Below the pieces are notes generated by a model, which worked only from the letters and a program-made list of their open reading frames with translations, did not search any database and was not told the DNA's origin. From positions 12,272 to 76,271 of IMG/VR virus record IMGVR_UViG_2706796033_000001: DNA of 64,000 nt. One strand, 5' to 3'. The translations under genes and the position numbers were made by a program. Below are positions 55,514-64,000 of the stretch, one piece after another (position 1 is the stretch's first letter; each line of letters begins with the position of its first letter). The stretch is from a virus. Its lineage: Duplodnaviria > Caudoviricetes.

Positions 55514-55748
55514 CTTCGTTCCACCTTTCACCCGCGTAGGTCGGGTCGAACCAGCTTGGCGGCTGGTCGGTGTCGGGGTAGCGCTTGCGGATAGCGTCGA
55601 TCTGTGGTTGCACACGTTCGACGTACAGCCGGTAGTGACGCTCGCAGCGCGGGTACGACTCGCCTGAGCCGGACAGGGACGCGTACAGGCTCACGTCCCC
55701 CTCGCAAGCTCCCAGGTCAAAGTGGTTGCGATCCACACAGTCAACCAT
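55506..55748 (-). CDS. Hypothetical protein
   Basis: YPD...PP.WFDPTYAGERW motif typical of actinophage right arms. Confidence 0.55.
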   Translation of the reverse strand: MVDCVDRNHFDLGACEGDVSLYASLSGSGESYPRCERHYRLYVERVQPQIDAIRKRYPDTDQPPSWFDPTYAGERWNEDD

Positions 55749-55776
55749 TGCGGCACCTTTCGTCACTGTGACATTT

Positions 55777-56628
55777 CTACTTCGTGAGACCGAGCTGGCG
55801 CAGCACGGCGGGTACGAACTTACCGGCCTGCGAGTTGTCGGAAATGCAGGGAATGTAAATCGAGTACGGAGGAAAGTCCTCCATGTCCTGAGCGTTGTTG
55901 ATGCACGAACCGTACCCACCCATCGGGTGAATGCCGCAAGCATCGCGCACGTCGGCATCGTGGGAGTGCATCGCGTTGAACAGATGAGCGCGCAGGAATG
56001 AGTTATGCGTCAGCGCGTACATGAACATGGACACGTCGAACGGCTCACCGGCCTTCTTAAGCCGCACTGCGGTACGGGCACGGTAATTGGTACCGAATCC
56101 ACGCACGTACATGTCGACCCAAATTTCAGCCTGCATCCCGGCGGTTTCGATGGCTTCGACCAGAGCGAACATTGCCTGGCCGTTTTCCTTAATCGCCTTA
56201 GCGCTGATCGCCCAGTTGTAAGTGATGTTAAGGATGAGCGCCACGATCTTGTTTTGGCCTGGCTCCTCGGTCGGCGTGAAGTCGACCATGCACTCAGGTT
56301 CGCCTTCCATGTAGCGCCCCATGTCGACGTAGGCACCGGCTGTGTCGTGGTACTCGTTGTACGCGGGCCGGTACAGGTCGCCAGCCAGTAGGGCCACCTT
56401 GTGTTCTGCGAGGTTGATTGCCTCAACACCAGCCTTGGGCAGGCCCTTCTGTGCGAGCTGGTCGGCCTCTTTCATGTCCTTAACGCCGTAGAACGACGGG
56501 TCGTCCATGTGCTTAGAGCGGTGGTCTTTACCTTCGCGGTTGTGGGTGAGCAAGTCATCGAATGACTCGAATGTGATAACGCTCCGCTTGAGGTTGCGTT
56601 CCTTGTCGTCGTAGCGCTGCATACGCAT
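55777..56628 (-). CDS. AAA-ATPase partner (vWA-like), paralog 2
   Basis: DTAGAYVDMGRY..GEPECM, shared with 59718-60566. Confidence 0.65.
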   Translation of the reverse strand: MRMQRYDDKERNLKRSVITFESFDDLLTHNREGKDHRSKHMDDPSFYGVKDMKEADQLAQKGLPKAGVEAINLAEHKVALLAGDLYRPAYNEYHDTAGAYVDMGRYMEGEPECMVDFTPTEEPGQNKIVALILNITYNWAISAKAIKENGQAMFALVEAIETAGMQAEIWVDMYVRGFGTNYRARTAVRLKKAGEPFDVSMFMYALTHNSFLRAHLFNAMHSHDADVRDACGIHPMGGYGSCINNAQDMEDFPPYSIYIPCISDNSQAGKFVPAVLRQLGLTK

Positions 56629-56702
56629 GGTTAAGCCACCTTAGGAATTAAAAGGAATTTGGGAAGAAGAAAGAATTAAAAAGGGTGGAGACGAACGGGG
56701 GA

Positions 56703-57077
56703 TTACTCCCCCGCCCGCTCCACCACTTCGACCACCTGATTGGGGACGGCCAGGGTGTTGCCGTCCCCGTCTGCGCCACCGGTCACCACAACCACGCCGC
56801 GCAGGCGGTCGACGCCGCGAGCGCCAGGATTGAAGCTCCACCACAGAGCTGTAGCCTGTACGTTCACCGGCTGATTCAAGATTCTACCCTCAGAGTGGAC
56901 CATGAAGGTCACGTCGAACGCTTCTGCGTCCTCGCTGGTCCAGCCATACGCGCCCTCGATGTTCCCGCCGACGATGCCTTGGAGGGTGCGGAGTTCGCTG
57001 TGGTCACGCGGAATGGTGACCGTCTCGCGGGTGCCGTCAGGGCGGAGGACTAGGGCGCTGTAGCTGTCGTTGCTCAT
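56703..57077 (-). CDS. DUF3846-like protein
   Basis: LQGIVGGNIE, EG....PVN..AT, D.L.G.VVVTG. Confidence 0.65.
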   Translation of the reverse strand: MSNDSYSALVLRPDGTRETVTIPRDHSELRTLQGIVGGNIEGAYGWTSEDAEAFDVTFMVHSEGRILNQPVNVQATALWWSFNPGARGVDRLRGVVVVTGGADGDGNTLAVPNQVVEVVERAGE

Positions 57078-57110
57078 GTCCATCACAGTACACGGCCTAT
57101 ACGGGGCGTG

Positions 57111-57344
57111 TCAACACCGATCTTCTATTGAGAGTCGCGGGTTTTTACCTGCGGCGATGTTCTGCAATGTTCCGCGCGTGAACTTAGTTGCCACTTCTAG
57201 TTCGTTATACGAATAGCCGGTTTCTTTGGCTTCGCGTATGGCGTCGTAGAGCGCCACGGTCTCAGCGACTATTGCCTCGGTGCGGGCGGCTATGGATATC
57301 AGTGTGGCGTCAGAAACCATGCTCGGAGAGTACACGCTCTCCAT
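57111..57344 (-). CDS. Small HTH-like protein
   Basis: AIREA...GYSY.EL..AT.FTR.T. Confidence 0.5.
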   Translation of the reverse strand: MESVYSPSMVSDATLISIAARTEAIVAETVALYDAIREAKETGYSYNELEVATKFTRGTLQNIAAGKNPRLSIEDRC

Positions 57345-57513
57345 CGTTAACCTCCCTTAGGCGCGCGTCGATTGCGTCGATGCGGTGCTGGTTGTGCTCT
57401 ATCTCGCGTACTAGGCGAATGCGCTCTTGTGTCAAGCGGTGACGCTCTTGTCGGAGCATGAGAGCTGCTGTGCTGTCGGGTATGTCTGGGAGAAAGCTAG
57501 GCACCCTTACCAT
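57310..57513 (-). CDS. Hypothetical coiled-coil protein
   Basis: AAGGA RBS. Confidence 0.45.
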   Translation of the reverse strand: MVRVPSFLPDIPDSTAALMLRQERHRLTQERIRLVREIEHNQHRIDAIDARLREVNDGERVLSEHGF

Positions 57514-57590
57514 TCCTTTAGCTTAAATAAGTGTGGGCGGACCTGGTTGTGTGATAACCAGACCCGCCCACTAAGTTACACCGGTTGACG

Positions 57591-57854
57591 CTAGTCCACG
57601 GCTTGTGCGAGTGCTTTAGCTAGGTGCTCGAAGTAGGGGAGCACCGGCTGGTTGCAAACGTCTAGCCTGACCAGCGTGTTCTTAATCTGCATCTGCTCGG
57701 ATGCGGACACGCCCTTGGCGACTTCTACCACGACGGCTACGGGGATCAGGTGTGTTTCCCACTGGTGGCCGGGGGTTTCGATGGTGAACGTGTGGTCTAG
57801 GTTGACACCCTTCTCGTCTAGGAATGTGTCAATCCACTTCGTGAATGCGCTCAT
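57591..57854 (-). CDS. Hypothetical protein
   Basis: W.DTFLDEKG...YF.HLAKA. Confidence 0.6.
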   Translation of the reverse strand: MSAFTKWIDTFLDEKGVNLDHTFTIETPGHQWETHLIPVAVVVEVAKGVSASEQMQIKNTLVRLDVCNQPVLPYFEHLAKALAQAVD

Positions 57855-57866
57855 GTTTGTGTGTCC

Positions 57867-58145
57867 TTAGAACAGTCGGAGGGTTTCGATCTGTACGTCG
57901 GTTGTGCCGAAGTTGTCCATTTCGTGCATACGGCTGGTCCATTCGCCGTCCTTACGCTTCTCGGCCCACTCGATGCGGCCCTCGCGGTTGAATCGCACTT
58001 CCAGCTCGAACATGCCGCCGTATCTGCCGGGCTTCTCGTAGACAACGACGTTGCCGTTGTCAAAGATCAGCTCCCAGTCGTTGGCGGCTGCCCGTTCCCG
58101 TACGAGGTCGAGCACGGCGTAGGTGTGAACGGTCTGTGTGGGCAT
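57867..58145 (-). CDS. Hypothetical protein
   Basis: GGAGG RBS. Confidence 0.55.
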   Translation of the reverse strand: MPTQTVHTYAVLDLVRERAAANDWELIFDNGNVVVYEKPGRYGGMFELEVRFNREGRIEWAEKRKDGEWTSRMHEMDNFGTTDVQIETLRLF

Positions 58146-58282
58146 GTCAGTCCTCCGGCAGCTTGACGCCGAACATCGGCGGTTGTGTTGGGTGGAATCC
58201 GATTACGGGTGTGCCGCCGCAGTAGATGGACACCATGACGACGTTCCAGATCGCTTGAGCTTGCTTCTGCCACGCCAACATG

Positions 58283-58498
58283 TCAGCTCGCCATCGCTAG
58301 CGCGTCGTCCGCTTCGGCCTCGTCCATCGCGGCCTGGACCGCGCCCTTGAGACCGAACTTGCCCTTGTTGGACGTGTCCTCGCGGGGGAGCTGCGGGTGA
58401 CGCTCGGTCGGGAAGTCGTAGGTCACGCTGCCGTCCTCGTGTTCGTACATGACGGTGTATCCGGTGGGGCTGACCCACTTGACTCGGCTGTTGCTCAT
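58283..58498 (-). CDS. Hypothetical protein
   Basis: ATG 7 nt after a -10 box. Confidence 0.5.
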   Translation of the reverse strand: MSNSRVKWVSPTGYTVMYEHEDGSVTYDFPTERHPQLPREDTSNKGKFGLKGAVQAAMDEAEADDALAMAS

Positions 58499-58557
58499 GG
58501 CAACCACCATATACGCCCTGTACTGAGTGTCAAGTTTTTTCACTAAGGGGGTTAAGC

Positions 58558-59010
58558 GTGGGTAAGCGTGGCGGTGATGGCAGCGGTAGTGGCAAGCGTG
58601 GAGGCAAGGGTGGCGACAGTGATCTAACGCCTGATAAGCGGTCTGATGTGGATGCGGTGGCTGAGAAGCACAGTGACCCGAATAAGGCTGCTGACGCGCT
58701 GGGGCTTACGGGTAGCGACAAGGAACATTTCGTGAACGGCGCTAATTCGACTGAGCGGAAGCTTGACGGTGCGGGTAGTCCTGAGGCTGCGGCTGCGAAG
58801 TTTAAGGCGGCTGTGATTGCGTATGAGCGCAAGTATGGGCGTGGTGCGGCTCAGGTGTACTCGCGTGGTGGGTACTGGTCGTTGGTGCGGTTTATCAAGA
58901 CGGTTATGGCTGTGTCGGCTACTGCTACGCAGGCGGGTAGTGCTCCTGTGTTGGCGACGGTGAATGCGGCGATGGTGGCTGCGTATTGGTTGGATCGCGC
59001 GAAGCGCTAG
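58558..59010 (+). CDS. MGKRGG-start hypothetical protein
   Basis: AAGGGGG RBS; lone rightward gene; hydrophobic C-terminus. Confidence 0.55.
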   Translation: MGKRGGDGSGSGKRGGKGGDSDLTPDKRSDVDAVAEKHSDPNKAADALGLTGSDKEHFVNGANSTERKLDGAGSPEAAAAKFKAAVIAYERKYGRGAAQVYSRGGYWSLVRFIKTVMAVSATATQAGSAPVLATVNAAMVAAYWLDRAKR

Positions 59011-59013
59011 GTT

Positions 59014-59063
59014 TCGCAATTTTCTCAATTTCACAATTTTCCAATTTTGCAATTATGCCAATT
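59014..59063. repeat. Imperfect tandem CAATT(T) repeats
   Basis: Six CAATT cores spaced about 8-9 bp apart in an otherwise GC-rich genome. Confidence 0.7.
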
Positions 59064-59329
59064 CCTCCCCTCCGGCCCCGGTCGGGCGTTGGGCCTGGTG
59101 GGGCGGTGGGGAACCGAGCAGCACCCACGGATCGGACGGCTTAGGCTTAGGTCGTCCCTGGTCAGCGGGGGCCAGGGCGGGCCGGAACCGAGCAGCACCC
59201 TCGAACAAGCGTGCGATTTGCTGAGCTTAGGATCGAACACCCGTTCGGCCCATTTACTTAGGCAAACGAACCTTTTTTAGGTCAAACCCTTAGGATTGCG
59301 AACTAGTTAGCGGGAGCCGCTAACGCGCA

Positions 59330-59665
59330 CGCGCTAGCGCTGGTCAGCGTGCCTTACGGCTAACTACGCTTAGGTTGCTTAGCGCCAGCGGCCAGGGGAC
59401 CGCACAGGGCACGCGCTAGGGGACCGGGTAAGCCACGCGGGAGCGCGGCCAGGGCAACGGGACCGGATAGGGGACCGCACGCGTGCCAGGGACCGCGCCA
59501 GCGCCAGCCATGCGACGGGACCGGTTACCTAACGCCAGGGACCGCGCCGGAATGGCCGCTAGATTCAACGCTGGCGAACGTTTAGGGACCGGCTAGGGTA
59601 AGGGGTGCTCGAGAACACGCTAGGGACGCTTAGGGAGCGCGCCAGACTAGGCACGTGCCAGGGCA
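59330..59665. repeat. Non-coding region rich in GGGACCG/GCCAGGG/CGCTAG motifs
   Basis: Many GGGACCG copies, all on the same strand. Confidence 0.6.
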
Positions 59666-59667
59666 TG

Positions 59668-59698
59668 AAAAAACGCCAGGGCACTTGCTCCCCTGGCG
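59668..59698 (-). terminator. Intrinsic terminator (leftward)
   Basis: CGCCAGGG/CCCTGGCG stem, with A6 on the + strand. Confidence 0.65.
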
Positions 59699-59717
59699 CT
59701 TAGTGGACCGGTACCGG

Positions 59718-60566
59718 CTAGCCGATACCTAGGTCACGTAAAACCTGTGCGACGGTCTCGCTTGCATCATCACCCATACGCACGGCTGGCAAGTAAACCG
59801 CTCCCTCACCGTAGGTTTCCGGAACCTTTACCGATTCTTTAACCACGTAGCCGTAGCCGCTGCCGACGTTGTACTTACGTTGTTCTCCCCTAGGGAGCGC
59901 GTGCATTGCGTTGAATTTGAGAACGCGCAGCATGGACGGGTCAGTAAACGCGTACATCACAGCTCCCATGTCTAGCGGCTGGCTGGCAGCTTTGATCTTG
60001 ACGCTAATCCGGTAATACTCGTCAATCGTGTCGAACCCGTTACGCGCTTGGTTGGTCGAATCGGTCCATAGTTCGGTCGACCGGCCCGACGTTTCAACTG
60101 CCTTGATAAGCGCCACAATCAACCGGCCCCGCTCCCGTAGTTCATCCTTACCGATACCACCGGACGCGTTGATATTGCTCACGATGGTCACGACGGGACG
60201 GGTAACGGGTACCTCGTCAAACGTGGTTTGAATCATGCACTCCGGTTCGCCGGTAACAAACCGTCCCATGTCGACGTAGGAACCGGCTGTGTCGTAGGTG
60301 CTTTGCATGTCGTATGCGCTGACCTGTCGCATAGCCGTATCGGTAAGGGACCGTGACGTGTCCAGCACCTTAACGCCATCTTCTGGCAGTCCGGCTAGTG
60401 CTTTGTCGCAAGCCTCGTTAATGCTGGCTACGCCAGAGAACTCACGGTTAGCCGCTGCGCTGCGCTTACCCATGTTGTAGTGCTTGTGTGCGCGCTGGTA
60501 TTCGGCGAACTCTGCCAGGCTGGCATAGCTGTGCTGAATAATGTTGCCCGGTTTCGTGACCTGCAT
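59718..60566 (-). CDS. AAA-ATPase partner (vWA-like), paralog 1
   Basis: Downstream of the AAA ATPase; DTAGSYVDMGRF..GEPECM; GGAGG RBS. Confidence 0.7.
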   Translation of the reverse strand: MQVTKPGNIIQHSYASLAEFAEYQRAHKHYNMGKRSAAANREFSGVASINEACDKALAGLPEDGVKVLDTSRSLTDTAMRQVSAYDMQSTYDTAGSYVDMGRFVTGEPECMIQTTFDEVPVTRPVVTIVSNINASGGIGKDELRERGRLIVALIKAVETSGRSTELWTDSTNQARNGFDTIDEYYRISVKIKAASQPLDMGAVMYAFTDPSMLRVLKFNAMHALPRGEQRKYNVGSGYGYVVKESVKVPETYGEGAVYLPAVRMGDDASETVAQVLRDLGIG

Positions 60567-60778
60567 TTTCGTTCCTCCCTGTGGCTGTGTGGTGACCTGC
60601 TACGGGTCAAGTTACAGGACACATACCGTGACGCGCAAGGTAGCGCGGCCAGGGGACGAAACCAAGCAGCTCCGTCATGGCTGGCTGGCTGGCGCTAGGC
60701 CACGCGCTAAGCAACCATTTAGGCGCAAAGCAAAGGGACCGGCTACCCGTAGGCAACCGGTCCCCTGTGGGCTAGTGG

Positions 60779-62014
60779 CTAGGCCACCTTACGCCACGTA
60801 GCTTCATCCATGCCCTTACGCAGGGACCAAGCGACTGCCTTATCCCAATCGACATTTTGCGCCAGTAGCGCGGCCATCTTCTGAGACGCACGCGGTGAGA
60901 TAACCACACCGGTCACAGCCTCACGCTTGACGTTCTCCCGCACGCGCTGCACGTAGGCAACTGCGCGCTTGGTCACGTCGACCGGAGCACCCTTAGCCAT
61001 CGCTGCGGCCATTTCAATATCCGTATCAATCTCAATTTCCATTGCAATGAAACGGTCCATGAACTCAGCGCTGAATTTTTGAGCCGCCGGGTATTCCCAC
61101 GTCGGTCCCATCCCCCACGTGTTCGTAGCGGCCAGAATGACGTGGTTCTTATTCAGCCGCACAATCTCACGGTTAGGGAGCGCCAGGAACCGGTTAGACA
61201 GGATGGAATTGAGACCGGCCAGGATACCCGCGTGCGCACGGTCAACCTCGTCGCACAGGAGAACGCCACCCTCCGGATTGGTTGCCCAATCGTAAACCGC
61301 CGTAGGCACGTATTCACCGGTAGCGGACATGTAACCCTTAAGCTCGCTCGCGGTCGACTGCAAGTGGAAATTGACCACGTAGAACTCACGGTCAAGCGCT
61401 TCTGCAACTTGCTCACAAACGTGAGTCTTACCGACACCGGGACCACCGACCAGCTGCACGTTCTCACCGCTAGCGATGGCCGCGAGAATGTCCCCAAATT
61501 GCTTGTGCGTCACGCCTTCAATTTCGCGCGTCTCGGTCTCGTTCTGCACGTAGGTACGCGTCGGATAAACGTATTCGTCCATCTTGCGCGAAATGATCGC
61601 TTCGATCTGCGTCTCGTCAAGCTGTTGCTTACCGAGCACCTTAAGCAACAGTTCGCGCAGCGCGGCCATTTCGTCAGCGTCACCCTTGCCGCTGGTCGAA
61701 ACGGTCTCGGTCCCGTTGCTCTGAGTGTTGACGGTCTCGGTAGCGGTCTCGGTCGAAACGGTCTCGGTACCGTTGCCCTGGCCGCCGGTCTCGTTACCGC
61801 TGCCGTTGGTCCCGTAGGTTTCGACGCAAACGTGCATGAACTGCGTAGGGATGGACTCACCCTGTGCGGCAGCTTTGGTCAGCGCGTTCTTAACGATCAA
61901 GTGCTCGATACCGGTCTCGTCAGCGGCAAGGTAGAACGGTCCCTCGTTTTTGCACTTGGGGCAGCCGGTGCGCAGCGTCCGCTGTGAAAGCTTGGTCAAG
62001 TTGGTAACGGTCAT
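60779..62014 (-). CDS. AAA+ ATPase (MoxR/CbbQ-like)
   Basis: GGPGVGKT Walker A, LLCDEVD Walker B, AATNT, DRF, SPRA. Confidence 0.85.
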   Translation of the reverse strand: MTVTNLTKLSQRTLRTGCPKCKNEGPFYLAADETGIEHLIVKNALTKAAAQGESIPTQFMHVCVETYGTNGSGNETGGQGNGTETVSTETATETVNTQSNGTETVSTSGKGDADEMAALRELLLKVLGKQQLDETQIEAIISRKMDEYVYPTRTYVQNETETREIEGVTHKQFGDILAAIASGENVQLVGGPGVGKTHVCEQVAEALDREFYVVNFHLQSTASELKGYMSATGEYVPTAVYDWATNPEGGVLLCDEVDRAHAGILAGLNSILSNRFLALPNREIVRLNKNHVILAATNTWGMGPTWEYPAAQKFSAEFMDRFIAMEIEIDTDIEMAAAMAKGAPVDVTKRAVAYVQRVRENVKREAVTGVVISPRASQKMAALLAQNVDWDKAVAWSLRKGMDEATWRKVA

Positions 62015-62374
62015 TTCGTGGTTCCTCTCACGGTTCCGGCTGGTTGGGCCGGTTAGGTTGTGGTGACAAGTGACAAGTTACAGCCCGTTTACTGTGTTTG
62101 CAACACGTTAGGTATATCCGTCGTAAAGTGCCTGTTCAGGCTGTGTGTCGCTGTGTGTCGCTTGTGGCGCTAGGTGGCGCTGTAGTGGGCCGGTAGCGGC
62201 TGGCTAGGCACAGCGCTAGGGGACGCGCTTAGGTGGCTTAGGTCAGCGGCCAGCCAGCGCACGACGGAGCTGCTCGGTTTCGTGCTGGCCTACGGCTAGC
62301 GCAGCGGCCAGGGCACACAAAGCAAAGAACCCGCTACCCAAACGGGTAACGGGTTCTAAGCCAGGGGAGCGCGG

Positions 62375-62605
62375 CTAGCGCGTCCCGTCGTCGTCGCTGT
62401 ACGTGTCGCAATCGTCTAGGAACACGTTACCGTCCACGTTAGTCACTGTGCAGCGCAGTACGGGAGCGCTTACAGCGTCCCCTGTAGGCCAGTGCAGCGC
62501 CAGCACGGCCAGGCCAGCACCTAGCGCCACAAGCGCGGCCAGTCGCATTACTCCGAGACGCGTAACGCTGCGTTCAATCGTGACGTTGATCTGTTGGGTA
62601 TCCAT
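62375..62605 (-). CDS. Small membrane protein
   Basis: AAGGA/AAGG RBS; TM segment. Confidence 0.5.
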   Translation of the reverse strand: MDTQQINVTIERSVTRLGVMRLAALVALGAGLAVLALHWPTGDAVSAPVLRCTVTNVDGNVFLDDCDTYSDDDGTR

Positions 62606-62684
62606 TGCCTTAGTCCTTAGGTGGTTGTGGTTGGTACGGGACCGGCCCGGCTGGCTGTGTGCCAAACCGGGCCGGTAACCCTGG

Positions 62685-63128
62685 CTAGTACCGTCCCTTA
62701 GCCGCTGCGTAGCTATTGGCGAGACGGTCGACCAAGCGCGTAGCCGTACCAATCACGTGGTTGGCCTGGCCGCGTGCGTAATCGTCGGTAGCGACTGCCA
62801 GCGCACGCTGTGCGGTCTCGATAGCCGATTCTGCGTAACCGACACGGCTAGACGCGTAAGCGCGGTCCAGTAGTCCGTTAGCGCGGTCCATGAAACGGGA
62901 GAACGCTTGCACGTTTGCGGCGGTATCCGCCCATGCGATCATTTCCGCAACGTCGTCAGCGCTAGGCATAGCGTCGTCGTCGCTGTGGTCTGCGTACTCA
63001 GTGCCGTTGTGCGGGACGCCAACGAGCTCTTTAAGTGTGGCTAGGCAGTCCGCTTGTGCGTACTGCTTAGCGCGTTCAGCCTCGATATCGGCAATGGTGT
63101 CCAGCAGGTGAGTGACGTAATCAGACAT
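62685..63128 (-). CDS. Hypothetical protein
   Basis: GGGAGG RBS. Confidence 0.55.
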   Translation of the reverse strand: MSDYVTHLLDTIADIEAERAKQYAQADCLATLKELVGVPHNGTEYADHSDDDAMPSADDVAEMIAWADTAANVQAFSRFMDRANGLLDRAYASSRVGYAESAIETAQRALAVATDDYARGQANHVIGTATRLVDRLANSYAAAKGRY

Positions 63129-63239
63129 GGTTGGTGTCCTCCCGGTAGTGGTTGTGGTGACTGACAAGCGACACGGTACGCGCGCTGTACCGAGAACGCA
63201 ACACGCGTGCGTTCTAAGGGTTAGAACCGAGCAGCTTTT

Positions 63240-63725
63240 TCACATCACAGCGCACAGCGAGCACAGCGCCAGCCGCACACACAGCCGCACAGCCGCACAG
63301 CCACGCGGCCAGGGCACACAAAACACAGCCTCACAGCCACACACAGCCGCTAACGCAGCGCGGCCACACAAAGCACTAGGGCACACAGCACAGGGGAGCA
63401 CACAGCGCCACACAGCGGCCATCCCCTTACATGCACACAGCACAGGACACACAGCGCACAGCCAGCCAGCCACACAGCGGCCAACACACAAGCACAGCGG
63501 CCAACACACAAGCGCAGCGGCCAACACACAGGGACACGCCTAAGCGCTACCCACAGGGCAACACAGCCACACCTAAGGGCACATACCTAAGCCATCCCAC
63601 AGGGACACGCTAAGCACAGCGCACAGGGACACACAGGGCGCAGCAACCCACAGCGCTAAGGCACAGCACCTAAGGGCACATAAGCGCACAGTAGCCACAG
63701 CACGACACGCCAAAAACAGACACGC
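63240..63725. repeat. Strand-skewed low-complexity CACAG/ACACA repeat tract
   Basis: T-poor + strand; many GCACAGC/ACACAGC units; GCGGCCAACACACA x3. Confidence 0.8.
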
Positions 63726-63733
63726 CGACAGGG

Positions 63734-63763
63734 TTGACACGCACCATACACGTGCTGTACCAT
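63734..63763 (+). promoter_or_regulatory. SigA-like promoter pointing toward the genome end
   Basis: TTGACA-18 bp-TACCAT with extended TG. Confidence 0.55.
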
Positions 63764-63990
63764 GCCCGGCCCTCGAGGGAGCTAATTAGCCAAGCGTGTT
63801 TGCTGACTAAGCCTAAGCCATTGTTTCGATCCTAACGACAAAACCGCAGGTCAGGGCAGGCCGGCTAAGGCCACAAGCTGTGACTAGGTTGCCTATGCAC
63901 CTTAGGTCGACCCGCCAGCAAACGCTAAAACCGCAGGTCAGAGGCTTGACCCCCCTGGGGGGTGCCTCGCGCGGCCTCGCGCGCCCCTCC

Positions 63991-64000
63991 TCGATCAGCC
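63991..64000. other. Probable cohesive end (cos) at the right genome terminus
   Basis: Window ends with TCGATCAGCC, recalled as the Cluster L 3' overhang; preceded by two AAACCGCAGGTCAG copies. Confidence 0.7.

Noticed and set aside
61079-61987. 302-aa + strand ORF and similar long antisense ORFs (e.g. 47611-48495, 45079-45873, 2725-3558)
   Set aside because: Shadow ORFs opposite well-supported genes in GC-rich DNA.
63127-63613. ORFs in the CACAG tract
   Set aside because: They are by-products of low-complexity, stop-poor sequence, with no RBS or protein-like composition.
1-64000. Integrated prophage with host flanks
   Set aside because: attP appears intact with arm sites on both sides, no host genes are visible, and the window ends at a cos-like sequence.

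Overview
This window is the right-hand ~64 kb of a temperate mycobacteriophage genome with Cluster L-like organisation. It ends in TCGATCAGCC, which I recall as the Cluster L 10-nt 3' cohesive end. In order it contains: tape measure (N-terminus outside the window), minor tail genes, lysis cassette (lysin A, lysin B, holin), a leftward accessory cassette (DUF732, nucleotidyltransferase, Lsr2), an intact attP, tyrosine integrase, repressor/Cro/excise, and early genes. The early genes include SPFH, a DUF2828/Ro-like vWA protein, a PD-(D/E)XK nuclease, ERF, DnaB, a PRS-like + NAMPT-like NAD pair, PNK, RusA, WhiB, SSB, RNA ligase, ClpP and a DnaQ-like exonuclease. About 12 tRNA genes follow, then a leftward right-arm region (AAA ATPase plus two paralogous partner genes) with repeat-rich non-coding DNA. 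The most notable observation is directly downstream of the DUF2828/Ro-like gene: a tandem array of three stem-closed RNA units sharing a TGTGG-N4-T(A)ACAGCAA head. One unit holds a circularly permuted tRNA (YrlA-like order), and all three contain anticodon-loop-like heptamers. This is a candidate Ro-like protein/Y-like RNA array system. Other notable items: an attP core that mimics only the tRNA-Lys(UUU) anticodon arm, paired with a lone leftward phage tRNA-Lys(UUU); an atypical tRNA-like ncRNA; several other structured intergenic RNAs; and a DUF4417/MGKRGG module. All family assignments come from motif recognition by eye, not from database searches.
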